Assembly: GCA_902761625.1 (NCBI GenBank)
Contig: CACWLH010000002.1
Location: forward strand, 8,126 to 72,125
DNA from: an uncultured Erysipelotrichaceae bacterium
GTDB taxonomy: Bacteria; Bacillota_I; Bacilli_A; Erysipelotrichales; Erysipelotrichaceae
DNA: 64,000 nucleotides
Reading direction: 5' to 3'
The stretch's first letter is position 1, and every line of letters begins with the position of its first letter. Below are positions 27,539-37,800 of the stretch, one piece after another. The position numbers and the translations under genes are program-made. The notes beneath the pieces are model-generated. The model made no database searches and was not told the DNA's origin. It saw only the letters and a program-made list of their open reading frames with translations.

Positions 27539-28789
27539 ATGAAAAAAAGCGGGATGATGTATGTATTTGTCATGCTGGGCATGTGCGGATTCGTCGGGGC
27601 GTCGGTCGGTGTGTGCATGGGCACATCCGGTCTGTTTTACAGCCATATTGCCAAAGACCTCGGGATTTCCAGCGGCTCGGTTTCACTCATGTATACCATC
27701 ACAGCTCTCTCTTCGGCTTTTTCGGGTCTGTTGATTCCGATTGTGCTGAAAAATGAAAAGATGCTCAAACCGATGGTGATCACGGCATCCGCCATGTGCT
27801 GCGTGGGGACCTTTCTGCTTTCATTGGCAAACAATATTCTGCTCATGTATCTGATCAGTGTGATCAGAGGTGTCGGGTCCGGTCTGCTCAGCTTTGTGCT
27901 TGCCACAACCGTGATCAACAACTGGTTCTATGCGAGAAACGGACTCATGGTATCCATTGCCATGGCGTTCTCGGGTCTGCCGGGTGTGCTTCTTGCCAAT
28001 CTGATCACCAGTGTGATCGTCGCCAACGGATGGCGATTCGGTTTTGTGTTTGTGACTCTGATCATCGCCGTCTTCTGTCTGCCCGGGGTTGTATTGCCGA
28101 TCACCCTAAGGCCGCAAAGCATCGGGATGGAGCCTTACGGCTATGCGGATTATATGAAATACCGTGAGGAAAACAAGGACAAGGTGGTTTTCCAGGCCAG
28201 CTCCCACGGCGTGAATTTCCTGTCTGCAGAAATGATCTGCATCATGACATTCACATTGCTGGTATATATCGTTGCGGCAATGTTCCAGCATATTCCAAGC
28301 TTTGGTTTATCCATCGGCTTCACCGCTTCAATCAGCGCATTGATGAGCTCGTTTGCCAGCGCTTCGAATATTGTGTCCAAGCTTCTTTACGGATCGTTAT
28401 GCGATAAGCTCGGCGCTCATCAGACCAGCATGTGCTGGGCTTTCATCAATGCGGTTTCAGTGGTCATGATGCTCACCATCCGCACCCCGCTGACCATGGT
28501 CATCGGCTCATTCATGTTCGGTTTCTCCTTTGCCAACAGTTCAAGTGCACTGTCCATTCTGGTCAGGGAAACATTCGGCATTGAGAATTATACGAAGGTA
28601 TATCCGTTTGCGTCATTTGTCGGCGCCTCATCCAATGCATTGGGTGTCACATTGCTCGGCATGCTTTATGACTCCACCGGCTCCTATACAGCCGATCTGA
28701 TTCTCTGCATGTCCTGTCAGGTCATTGTGATTCTTGTATTGTTCAATCTGCTCAGAAGAAAAAAGCAGACAGCACAGCTGTCCGCTTAA
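27539..28789 (+). CDS. MFS transporter
   Basis: About 12 hydrophobic segments and a central hydrophilic loop. GGAG RBS before MKKSGMMYVF. Confidence 0.85.
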   Translation: MKKSGMMYVFVMLGMCGFVGASVGVCMGTSGLFYSHIAKDLGISSGSVSLMYTITALSSAFSGLLIPIVLKNEKMLKPMVITASAMCCVGTFLLSLANNILLMYLISVIRGVGSGLLSFVLATTVINNWFYARNGLMVSIAMAFSGLPGVLLANLITSVIVANGWRFGFVFVTLIIAVFCLPGVVLPITLRPQSIGMEPYGYADYMKYREENKDKVVFQASSHGVNFLSAEMICIMTFTLLVYIVAAMFQHIPSFGLSIGFTASISALMSSFASASNIVSKLLYGSLCDKLGAHQTSMCWAFINAVSVVMMLTIRTPLTMVIGSFMFGFSFANSSSALSILVRETFGIENYTKVYPFASFVGASSNALGVTLLGMLYDSTGSYTADLILCMSCQVIVILVLFNLLRRKKQTAQLSA

Positions 28790-28825
28790 CCGGTATGTTT
28801 CAGGCGTATCCCGCGGGATGCGCTT

Positions 28826-29614
28826 TTAATTTTCGGGTGTTACGCAGTGTTCCAGATCAAACAGCTTTGCGTCAGTGAGTTCACTGTCTCCCTCTGCGTT
28901 TTGATAAACACTTACAACGTAAAGAACCGGATCGGAAATGTTGGCGGAAATTGTTCCATAGCAGAGATACTTATAATTCATGCCGGAGACAACCTGGGAG
29001 CCGAGCAATACAATCGGCATATAGGTGACGCCGCTTTCTTTCGCAAGCGCATCGCTCAGGGCCGCTTCGGATTCCGGGGTCATGGCGCCTGGTTTTCCGC
29101 TGCCGGTGACTTCCCAGCTGCCCAGCAGATCTTCATCCTTGCTTTCTTCAATCACAGGCAGATCATTCAGATCCAGCGCTTTGATATTGAGAATTTCTGT
29201 TTCACCCTGGGGATCTTCGTTGATTGTCACAATTGCATAATTTGCGTTGTCAGTGCCGGTGACCATTGACTCAAGACACAGGAATGCATAGTTGGTTCCG
29301 GATACAAGCTGTTTCGCAATGACCTGAATCGGTGTGTAGGAAGCTCCGGTAAGGCCTTCCGTTGCCTTGTCAAAGACATCTCTCTGACCTTCGCCAAGCA
29401 ATTGGGAATAATTGGTATTGACCTGCCAGCCGCCAAGCAGCTCATGATCTTCCGGTTCAGCAGTGTTTTCTTCAGGTGCTGCTGTTTCCGTTTCAGCGGC
29501 AGGTGTTTCCTCCTTGCCGTCTGTCAAAGATGCGCTGTCTTCTTTCTTGGTGCAGCCGATGCTCAGAAGCAGTGCCAGGACTGCGGCAGACGCAGTCAGT
29601 CTGTTTGTTTTCAT
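28826..29614 (-). CDS. Lipoprotein with two tandem cystatin (stefin-like) domains
   Basis: Lipobox LLLSIGCTK. Two ~95-aa repeats each carry the cystatin hairpin motif (KQLVSGTNYAFLC and SQVVSGMNYKYLC; compare stefin QVVAGTNYYIKV). Each repeat also has an N-terminal GG/GS segment. Confidence 0.7.
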   Translation of the reverse strand: MKTNRLTASAAVLALLLSIGCTKKEDSASLTDGKEETPAAETETAAPEENTAEPEDHELLGGWQVNTNYSQLLGEGQRDVFDKATEGLTGASYTPIQVIAKQLVSGTNYAFLCLESMVTGTDNANYAIVTINEDPQGETEILNIKALDLNDLPVIEESKDEDLLGSWEVTGSGKPGAMTPESEAALSDALAKESGVTYMPIVLLGSQVVSGMNYKYLCYGTISANISDPVLYVVSVYQNAEGDSELTDAKLFDLEHCVTPEN

Positions 29615-29764
29615 ATACAGATTCCTTCTTTCCATGTATCATTGTACATCGTAATTCATTCTGGTCGTTACCGTAAAAGGAATCTTAATGAATCCTGTGA
29701 AAAAACTCTGATTGGAAACTTTGCGGCAAGGCTTCATAATGAATGGTGAGGGAATAAACAGCTT

Positions 29765-30436
29765 ATGATCAAAGGTATTCTGTTTGATTTTGACGGAACT
29801 CTGAGCAACCGCAAGCAGGCTGCTTACAATATGTACAGACAGTGCATCAGCCTGATGCGAAGCGATCTGGATCCGCAAAGCATGGAATTTGAAAATCTGG
29901 TGCAGTTCTGCATGGTGGCCGACCAGTATGGAATTGTGCAGAAAGATTATGTCTGGAAAAGACTGAAGGATAAATATATTCCGGATCTCGATATTGAAAA
30001 ATGGAAGGATTACTGGTATGCGAACTTCAATGCCATCCAGATCCCGTCCGAGGGTGCGGAAGAGACACTCATCCGTCTGAAGAAGAAATACAGACTGGGT
30101 ATTCTGTCAAACGGGGCATATGAGTCCCAGCTTGCCAAAGTGAAGAAGCTTGGCTTTGACAGACTTGTGGATGAGGTGATCATCTGCGGACAATACGGTA
30201 TCAGCAAACCCGATGAGCGCATCTTTGCGATTGCCGCCGAAAAGCTCGGATTGAAATGTTCTGAGATTGCCATGGTCGGAGATATGTTCTTCACCGATAT
30301 CTTCGGTGCCCAAAGGGCGGGCATGAAACCGGTATGGTATATCGGCAATGAGAATTTCATATCCGATTATCCCGTGACACGCGTGCGCACGTTCAGGGAA
30401 ATATATGAATTATTCAATGGGGAGGATTTTGAATGA
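29765..30436 (+). CDS. HAD-superfamily hydrolase
   Basis: Motif [10 protein letters not shown], motif II ILSNG, and K plus GDMFFTD in motifs III/IV. Confidence 0.85.
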   Translation: MIKGILFDFDGTLSNRKQAAYNMYRQCISLMRSDLDPQSMEFENLVQFCMVADQYGIVQKDYVWKRLKDKYIPDLDIEKWKDYWYANFNAIQIPSEGAEETLIRLKKKYRLGILSNGAYESQLAKVKKLGFDRLVDEVIICGQYGISKPDERIFAIAAEKLGLKCSEIAMVGDMFFTDIFGAQRAGMKPVWYIGNENFISDYPVTRVRTFREIYELFNGEDFE

Positions 30437-31032
30437 ACAGCAAATTAAAAAAACTGCTGCTGGCATTGCTCAGTGTCAGTGTATTGAGCAGCTGCAGCGG
30501 CTGTAAGAAAGATGATCCGGTACCGGAACCGACTCCGGTTGTTGAACCATCCGCAGAACCGACATCTGAGCCGAGCGCTGAACCGACTGTGGAACCCACA
30601 CCGGAAACAACGCCTGAGCCAACGGCGGAACCGACGCCGGAACCAACACCTGAACCGACACCAGAGCCGACACCGGGAATCACCATTTCCGAGGATGATA
30701 TCTATGACACAAAGGATGAGGTGGCTCTTTATATCTATACATTCCATCATCTGCCTTCATGCTATATGACAAAGAAAGAGGCGCGCAAACGGGGATGGGA
30801 GTCCGGAGCACTGAACCTTGTGATCAAAGGCAAGTGCATCGGCGGCGATTACTTCGGCAATTATGAAGGACTGCTGCCGGATACCGGTGAGGATTATTAC
30901 GAATGCGATATCGATACCATGAATGCAAGATCCCGCGGTGCGAAGAGAATCATCTTCACAGAGGACGGAGATGTATGGTATACCGAAGATCATTATGAAA
31001 GTTTTGAACAGCTTTATGACGGAGATGAATGA
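30433..31032 (+). CDS. Lipoprotein-anchored barnase-family ribonuclease with a Pro/Thr/Glu-rich linker
   Basis: Lipobox VLSSCSG. The C-terminal domain aligns with barnase ([23 protein letters not shown] ... [14 protein letters not shown] ... YYECDI ... RSRGAKRII ... YTEDHYESF). The catalytic Glu, Arg and His equivalents are kept. Confidence 0.9.
   Translation: MNSKLKKLLLALLSVSVLSSCSGCKKDDPVPEPTPVVEPSAEPTSEPSAEPTVEPTPETTPEPTAEPTPEPTPEPTPEPTPGITISEDDIYDTKDEVALYIYTFHHLPSCYMTKKEARKRGWESGALNLVIKGKCIGGDYFGNYEGLLPDTGEDYYECDIDTMNARSRGAKRIIFTEDGDVWYTEDHYESFEQLYDGDE
30517..30675 (+). repeat. Imperfect 12-nt tandem repeat encoding (E/T)PTP linker units
   Basis: gaaccgacNccg-type units repeated. The translation is [51 protein letters not shown]. 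Confidence 0.8.
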
Positions 31033-31307
31033 TTATGGCAAAGAGAATCAGAATTGACGCCGCCCGCCTGACCAACCGTGAGGACATGGGTGTTTATATG
31101 AAACAGGCATTTGATCTTCCCGATTATTTCGGAAGAAACCTGGATGCGCTGAAAGACTGTCTGGAAGAGGTCACGGAAGAAACAGACGTCGTCCTGGACA
31201 GGGAATGCATCACGATCATGTGTGAAGAGCCCTATGCCTATAAAGTATTGCTTGTGCTTGGCAGGGCAGCGGAAAACAACCCCAATCTTCACATTCTGTT
31301 CCGTTAA
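31029..31307 (+). CDS. Barstar-family RNase inhibitor
   Basis: [16 protein letters not shown] matches the barstar motif LPEYYGENLDALWDCL. The start overlaps the barnase stop (ATGA). Confidence 0.9.
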   Translation: MIMAKRIRIDAARLTNREDMGVYMKQAFDLPDYFGRNLDALKDCLEEVTEETDVVLDRECITIMCEEPYAYKVLLVLGRAAENNPNLHILFR

Positions 31308-31314
31308 GAACTTG

Positions 31315-31355
31315 AACCATATCCTGAATCATCGCGGATATGGTTTTTCTTTTTG
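31315..31355 (+). terminator. Rho-independent terminator
   Basis: AACCATATCC / GGATATGGTT 10-bp stem followed by TTTTTCTTTTT. Confidence 0.75.
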
Positions 31356-31620
31356 TCACATCGGATATCAGGATGTGTACAGATCCGCATGAATATTCAG
31401 GAACAACGGATCTGAACGATCAGTCAGTTTTGCCATGAACGCAGAGATCTCACCATATCATTGCGCTTCGTTTTCCGTTTTAATGAAAATGCGCAGAAAA
31501 AGGTGCGGCATACTCAGGAATCACGGACAGGTTCCTGGTACGGTCTCCAGGCGGGCTTTTGTCATTTTCACCGCTTCGCACCTGATTCTGCGTGTTCACT
31601 TCCATGTTTACCTTTCTTTC

Positions 31621-31648
31621 GGATACCCGCAAGGGTATCCACTTTTTT
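31621..31648 (+). terminator. Orphan terminator-like hairpin inside a 460-nt non-coding gap
   Basis: GGATACCC-GCAA-GGGTATCC followed by ACTTTTTTG. No convincing ORF lies upstream of it. Confidence 0.45.
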
Positions 31649-31770
31649 GTATGCATGTTAACGAAAATCGAAAATGTATGATATCCGAGGATTCTTTGAA
31701 AATGCTGAAAAACAACGGATTTGCCATGTTTGTCAGATTTCGATGAATATGAAAAACTCTCCATATAATC

Positions 31771-32370
31771 ATGTCCGGATCTGCGCTATTAATGGAAATG
31801 TACCTTCTGAATATGACAGTCAAACATGCAACAACTCATCAAGATGAATGTAATCCGGGTGCGGCATATTGTTTCTTCTCCTCCAGGACAAAAAGACGAG
31901 CGGGTCGTCTGATTGCCAGAATCATTGTGCTGGCTGTCATATTCAGGGTACTGACTTCGTATGTTTTCGGAGTCTACCTTGTCAAAGGCAATTCCATGTA
32001 TCCTTCCCTGCGCGATGGCGACCTGTGCATCACATACAGACTGGAGCCATATACTCATTCAGAAGTCATCGCATATCAAGCCGGCACCGCGGTCCGCTTC
32101 GCACGGATTGCGGCAGCGGGGAATGATACTGTCGAGATCACACAGGACGGAATACTTCTGATCAACGGATATCAGCCGGCGGAGGAAATCTTCTACCGCA
32201 CGGTTCCCGGAGAGAATCAAGAGAATGTTCAGCTCACAGTGGATGATGGGAAATGGTACCTGCTGAACGATTACCGGGAGGATCTTTCCGATTCAAGGAC
32301 TTATGGCTCCATAAGTGATGATCTCCTTCTGGGGAAGGTGATCTTCATCTTCCGCAGGAGGGGATTCTGA
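31771..32370 (+). CDS. Signal peptidase I homologue, pilus-associated SipA/LepA-like; catalytic Lys apparently replaced; start uncertain
   Basis: GNSMYPSLRDGDL (Ser box) and NDYREDLSDSR (box E) are present. The Lys box reads RFARIAAAGNDTVEI where YVKRIIGLPGDTVEM is expected. It is the first gene of a sortase/pilin cluster. Confidence 0.8.
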   Translation: MSGSALLMEMYLLNMTVKHATTHQDECNPGAAYCFFSSRTKRRAGRLIARIIVLAVIFRVLTSYVFGVYLVKGNSMYPSLRDGDLCITYRLEPYTHSEVIAYQAGTAVRFARIAAAGNDTVEITQDGILLINGYQPAEEIFYRTVPGENQENVQLTVDDGKWYLLNDYREDLSDSRTYGSISDDLLLGKVIFIFRRRGF

Positions 32371-32397
32371 TCAAATGAAAGGAGATTCAAAAACAAC

Positions 32398-33579
32398 ATG
32401 TTCATCAAAGTCAGAAAACTGGCACTTATGGGAGTTGCTCTCATGGCTGTCTCTTCCATGACATTAAGCGCAAGGGCTGCAAACTACACACCAGTCAATG
32501 GCACAGCCACTTCTTTTGACAAGTATCTGATCATTGACAAAGAGGCCAATGTGCCGGCCGCTTCATTCAGTTTCACGATCGCGCCGGGTGAGGCAATGGC
32601 CGCTTCTGAAAACTCCATGGCGGTACTGGCCGGCATCGGCACACCGGTGATTTCCGGTCCGGCTGTATTCACGCCGAATGACACCGCATATGAGGCGTTA
32701 CAGGAAGGTGACAGTCTGCAGCTGGCTGACAATGAGAAATATGCATTCAAGAAACTGGATGTGGATTTCAGCGCCATCTCATTTACGGAGCCGGGTATTT
32801 ACCGCTATGTGATCACGGAAACCGCGCTTCAGGAAGCAGGCGCGTTTGTTCAGGACACACAGCCGAAGATTCTCGATGTCTATGTCAGTGATCATGACGG
32901 CAATCTGGAAGTCTCTTCATATGTGCTGCATACCTCAGCCGATGCGCCGGCAAGAAATGCGACGGGCGGATCCGCGGATGTGAATGAAAACGCAGCGGCA
33001 CTGGAAGACAAGGTGACCGGCTTTATCAATCGCTATCAGACCAAAGATCTGACCATCACAAAACAGGTCAGCGGCAACCAGGCATCCAGAGACAAATACT
33101 TCAAATACACCCTTCGCATCACCAATGCGGGACCTGGAACAAAACTGATTGCGGATGTTACCCAGAATGCGGAAAAGGCACCGCTTGCCAATGCGGCAAC
33201 AGTCTATACCCAGGAAACAATGGGGGAGGCCAACAACATTGCGGAACTGGTCTGCGATGAAAACGGCTCCGCCGAACATGTGTTCTACCTGAAGCACGGC
33301 CAGTCAATCACCCTGAAACAATTGCCGCTTGGGGCAGCGTATACATTGAGTGAGGTCAATGAGGATTATGTTTCAAAAGATCTCAGCCAGGTGGATGCGC
33401 AGACCTATGCGGCAAACACCGGAGCCATCGGTGCAGACAATCTGACAATCGGATTCCAGAATACCCGTGACGGCGTGATTCCCACCGGAATCATCACATC
33501 CATTGCGCCTTATCTCATTCTTGTGCTGCTTGCCGGTACCGGAATGATCATCAGCGGCAGAAAACATATGAGCCGCTGA
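32398..33579 (+). CDS. Major pilin-like surface protein (Spy0128/FctA-like) with a VIPTG sorting signal
   Basis: Signal peptide ending SARAAN. Pilin-type motifs YRYVITE and FINRYQTKDLTITKQV. The C-terminal sorting signal is VIPTG plus a hydrophobic helix plus GRKHMSR. Confidence 0.8.
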   Translation: MFIKVRKLALMGVALMAVSSMTLSARAANYTPVNGTATSFDKYLIIDKEANVPAASFSFTIAPGEAMAASENSMAVLAGIGTPVISGPAVFTPNDTAYEALQEGDSLQLADNEKYAFKKLDVDFSAISFTEPGIYRYVITETALQEAGAFVQDTQPKILDVYVSDHDGNLEVSSYVLHTSADAPARNATGGSADVNENAAALEDKVTGFINRYQTKDLTITKQVSGNQASRDKYFKYTLRITNAGPGTKLIADVTQNAEKAPLANAATVYTQETMGEANNIAELVCDENGSAEHVFYLKHGQSITLKQLPLGAAYTLSEVNEDYVSKDLSQVDAQTYAANTGAIGADNLTIGFQNTRDGVIPTGIITSIAPYLILVLLAGTGMIISGRKHMSR

Positions 33580-33589
33580 TCCGGTTTTT

Positions 33590-34306
33590 ATGAATACGGA
33601 AGACAAGATTGCGGAAATATGTCTGAATGTCATTGAGTTTATCTTTCAAAAGAGCTGTCTGCTGTTCTGTCTTCTGTTATTGATGATGGGTGTCTGGTCT
33701 CTTTATGATACGGCTTTGCTGTATTATGACGCCTCGGATCAATCCCTCCTCCGCTTCCGTCCGCAGTCGGAAAAAGAAATCGAGAACCTCTATGAAAGTC
33801 TCAAAGGCTCTGTTTCCTGGCTGGTTCTGGACGGGGCGGGGGTGGATGACCCCATTATGCAGGGAAAAGACAATCTGGAATATCTGAACAAAAATCCGTT
33901 CGGTGAATTCTCATTGTCCGGCTCACTGTTTCTGGATTTCCGAAACAGCGCGGACTTCTCGGATCCGTATTCACTGATTTATGGACATCACATGGACCAT
34001 CATATGATGTTCGGGGCATTGGATCAGTATATGGACCGGGAATTCTTTGATACACACAGCAGCGGCCGTCTTTATGTGAATGATGAGATTCATGATCTGA
34101 AGATCATCGCCGCTGCAACGTGTTCCGCTTATGATCAGCGGGTGTTTGAACCCTCAGATGCGGATCAGGTAAAAGAATTCATTCAGTCTGAGGCAATGTA
34201 TCTGCGGGAATTCGATCCAGAAACAAACCTGAGAATCATCGCATTCAGCACATGCCGTTTCCCGGATACGGAATCACGGACGGTGGTATTCGCATTGATC
34301 TTATGA
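33590..34306 (+). CDS. Sortase (class B-like, pilus-associated)
   Basis: N-terminal membrane anchor, LIYGHHMDHHMMFGALDQY His motif, IIAFSTCRFP catalytic Cys and a downstream Arg. Confidence 0.85.
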   Translation: MNTEDKIAEICLNVIEFIFQKSCLLFCLLLLMMGVWSLYDTALLYYDASDQSLLRFRPQSEKEIENLYESLKGSVSWLVLDGAGVDDPIMQGKDNLEYLNKNPFGEFSLSGSLFLDFRNSADFSDPYSLIYGHHMDHHMMFGALDQYMDREFFDTHSSGRLYVNDEIHDLKIIAAATCSAYDQRVFEPSDADQVKEFIQSEAMYLREFDPETNLRIIAFSTCRFPDTESRTVVFALIL

Positions 34307-34312
34307 TCACGC

Positions 34313-34837
34313 ATGGAGACAATCATGACCAATATTCTGAAAATCCTTTTTATTTGTGCTTTTTTGATAAAACAGCCGTGTGATCATGCGGATTCCGTCT
34401 GTATTCCTGTCGAAATCAAAGGCGGCGGAACGATCAGGATTGAACCGCTCAATGCGTCTGAGAGCGGTTATGAACAGCAGATCGAAGTGGCCGACGGTGA
34501 ATCCGCAAATGCATGGTTCACGTTCGATCATGAAGGCACATGGACTTATTCTCTTCATGAATCAGAGGCACTGGATCCGCAGGCGCAGAAAGATCCCGCT
34601 GTTTACATATTGAAAATTGTCTGTGCGGAAAACGGAAAAGTCGAACAGGTTCTTCTTTATGAAAAAGGGAAAAACGAAAAAAGCGGAAGCGCATTATGGA
34701 TCAACCGGACGAAAGCACATTCCCCGGATACAAGCGATTCTTTCACTGCGGGAATTTATGCGGTGACATCATTCATATCATTGATAATCGTGGCGGTTTT
34801 GTTCAGATACGGAGAAGGAGATGACGATGAAGCATAG
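34313..34837 (+). CDS. Putative minor/basal pilin with an atypical sorting signal
   Basis: Signal-like N-terminus and a single pilin-like Ig domain (WTYSLHESE...VYILKIVCAENGKVEQVLLYEKGK...ALWINR). The C-terminus is SPDTSD plus a hydrophobic helix, but the tail is acidic (RYGEGDDDEA). Confidence 0.5.
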   Translation: METIMTNILKILFICAFLIKQPCDHADSVCIPVEIKGGGTIRIEPLNASESGYEQQIEVADGESANAWFTFDHEGTWTYSLHESEALDPQAQKDPAVYILKIVCAENGKVEQVLLYEKGKNEKSGSALWINRTKAHSPDTSDSFTAGIYAVTSFISLIIVAVLFRYGEGDDDEA

Positions 34838-37800
34838 ACAGAAAATCATATCCTTGTTATGCGGAATGCTTGCCCTTTTGTATCTGCCTGCGGCCAGGGC
34901 GGATGATACCGGCGGGACCATATTGATTCAGGCAGAGACAATTCCCGAAGCATATGCATCAAAGATCATCAGCTCATTTGATCCCGCAGATGATATCGCA
35001 GTGTGGATGCTGGAAGTTGAGAATGAGACAGATGCACAAGAACTGTATGGGGCATTTGAAACGGACACAGCAGAAGCCAATTCAGTCATTCATAAAGCAG
35101 GGACTTCCGGCGCAGATACACTCATGAATACCGATGCTTTGATGATATTGAACAATCTGCTCAATGGGGAAACCGTGCTCACATCCGCGCTCGCATACAT
35201 CGGCAGCGGCACTGACCGCTCTGATACAAAACAGGTTTCGTTCCTTCCGGGACTCAGTTGTGAAGATGCGGATCTGCAATTGCTGAACAATGAGGAAGTG
35301 CTGAGCATCCGCGCATTTGATGAGAACGGAAACAGTGATGTGTCCATTCTTTATGCATCAATCATGTATGCCGTGAAGGCGGGTGTGCAGTCGGTCATTC
35401 TTCCGGTGCAGCAGGAAGTGATCAATGCGCATCCGCTTCTGGGCCATGCAATGCAATATGCCATGGATCATTCTGTTTCCGTTTATGAAAGTGTGCAGGA
35501 ATATTGTTCTTTGCAAAGAACGGGACGCAGTGAAATCAATTCGTTTGAAGCCCGCCTGCAAAGCGGAGCGGTTTACGATGAGTCCGCCGATGAATTCATC
35601 TGGTTTCCTGAAACAGCTGCACAATCGCAGCGTTTCACATACCGGATCAGCTATTCACTCAACGGTGTATATGACCGTGAGGCAAATACCGTTCACATCC
35701 GGCTGCCCAAACATATTCTCCATACACGCGATGGTGAAACCGGCGATTATTGTGAGCTGTCTGTATTGCATGAAGAGGATGCGGGTGAAAATGATCAGTT
35801 CGCATACCGGGTGCTGGATGACTTTATTGAGATTTTCAATATCAATGAAATATCAGCTGCTTCGGAAGGATTCTTTGAAGTCAGCTATGTCACAACAGAG
35901 CAGACGTTCTCCTACCGCGATGGCGATGATTCAGAAGTCTTTGAAGCGGAACTGATAGTGGACAATGGCAGTGAAACAGAAACAGTCCGGTGTGAAGCGG
36001 ATTGTTTCCGCATCGACACATCTTCAAAAATTCTTTCCGTCACCAAGCGCTGTCCGGAAAAATCATCACAATGGAATGAAATGTGGATGGACGGTGTGCA
36101 GGGAAAGTCTGATGAGGAATATCTGATCTGGGAAATCCGCAGCTATATCCGCGATAATGCGACCCAGCCCTACACGCTTGTATTCAATGATGAGGTTTCT
36201 TCGGATCAGACCGAAACAAGAGTCGTCGGATACAGATATTGCGACACCATGAAGTTTGTCACAGAACCGTCCGTGTCTGATCAGACCATTGATCAATTCA
36301 GAACGGATTATGTATTGACCGCATTCAAAAAGTGTGAAGCGGAAGAAATTGAAATCAACAACCAGATCACGGTGACATTGGTTCCTCAGGATGGCATGGA
36401 TGAGGTCAGCTGCGTATCTTCCCAGGCGGTATATACCGAAGAGAAAAAATCATTTGCCGAACCGGAAGGATCGATCGGTTCAGAGATTTATTCAGGAGAT
36501 ATTTCATGGGGACTGGATCTGTTGCAGGATAATCAGACAGACGCCATCAACGGGCTGGAATATCATCTCATCATGGAGGGCTATCCATATCAATGGACCA
36601 GAGAGGATGAGGATGATCCGCTTGATCCAGACTCCTATGGCAGGAAAAATATCCTCTACAGGCTGACGGATGATGATTTCAGACTGAACGGTGAGGAAAA
36701 CAGGTTAAACCATGAAGACTATACCATCGACGCTGTTCACTGCGCTTTTGAATTTGAGGATGCCCTGTTTGATGAGGATGCACAGACATTCGTTCCTTGC
36801 GAAGTCAGCTTTGAACCGGATGATACAATCACGTTTTACGGATTGTTTGATGATGAATGGATCCAGATTGCACAGAAGTCTCTTGATACAGATTCGATGA
36901 ATCTGAATGAGGCATATGCGTCATATGAGAATGATGAATTCACATTCCGGCAGCCATGTCACGGAATCCGGATTGAAGCGGAAAATTCACATTATCATAC
37001 CCGGTCAATGGCAGATCTTTCTGTCTCATTGAACAATACGCCGCATGTGCGCAGCCTGATTCAGAATCAGGAACAGGCTTCATTGACCAATACAGAAATC
37101 TTTTCGGTAAACAATGAGGATACAGAGATTGCCTCACTGACCCGTCAGGCATCACAGATCATCCGCAGAGAATACAGAGACAGTGAATTGAAAAAGCGGG
37201 TCATCGCCTCATTCAATGACGTCGCTTCAAAACAATACACAATCACATGGAAAGTCGCATTGAGTGAATGGATCAGCGGAAGACAAGGACTGCACAGACC
37301 ATATATCCAGAGCAGCGGTACATTCTACGATCTTCTGCCTGAAGGAAGCGATCTTGATCCTTCTTCCGTCAGTGTGTGCAATGAGACCGGTGAATTGTCG
37401 CCGGATGAATATGAAGTCACAGTCACTGACAATTTCCGCAACAGCGGAAGGTCTTTGTTAACCGTGAAAATCCATGTGCCCGGTGAGCAGTACAGCCTTG
37501 TTTATGACACCCATCATTCCTGGGAGAGCATCCGTGATTTCGGAACCGGATTATTGAATCCGGCTGCTTATGAAACAGGCAATGCGGATATCGCGTACGG
37601 AAATATGGATGACGGCACGGGATTGAGTGAGATCAACCGGCCGTATCTTTCCAACCTGGATCAATCATGTGATTCACAAAGATTCATCTATACGGAACAG
37701 CCGCATGAAATCACCGCCATCACTTCAGCAGCGGCTGGTCTGAAAAAGAAAGTTAAGGGAAACAGCTCTTCTTATTCTTATGAAGATACCGTTTCGCCGG

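Noticed and set aside
30414-30750. Several ORFs on both strands, and a repeat pattern that superficially resembles an array
   Set aside because: It is a 12-nt coding repeat for a Pro/Thr linker inside the barnase lipoprotein gene. There are no spacers of unique sequence, so it is not a CRISPR array. The other ORFs are frame shadows of the repeat.
31435-31764. ORFs of 66-103 aa on both strands in the gap before the pilus locus
   Set aside because: They have no RBS, read through a terminator hairpin, and have Cys/Arg/His/Phe-rich improbable compositions. I treated the region as non-coding (see the finding).
34821-36500. Thioester (TED) or subtilase-like domain in the adhesin N-terminal region
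   Set aside because: I could not find the Cys and Gln motif pair of thioester domains or a Ser/His/Asp triad. The resemblance (e.g. ILYASIMYAVKAGVQSVILP) is too weak to call without profile searches.
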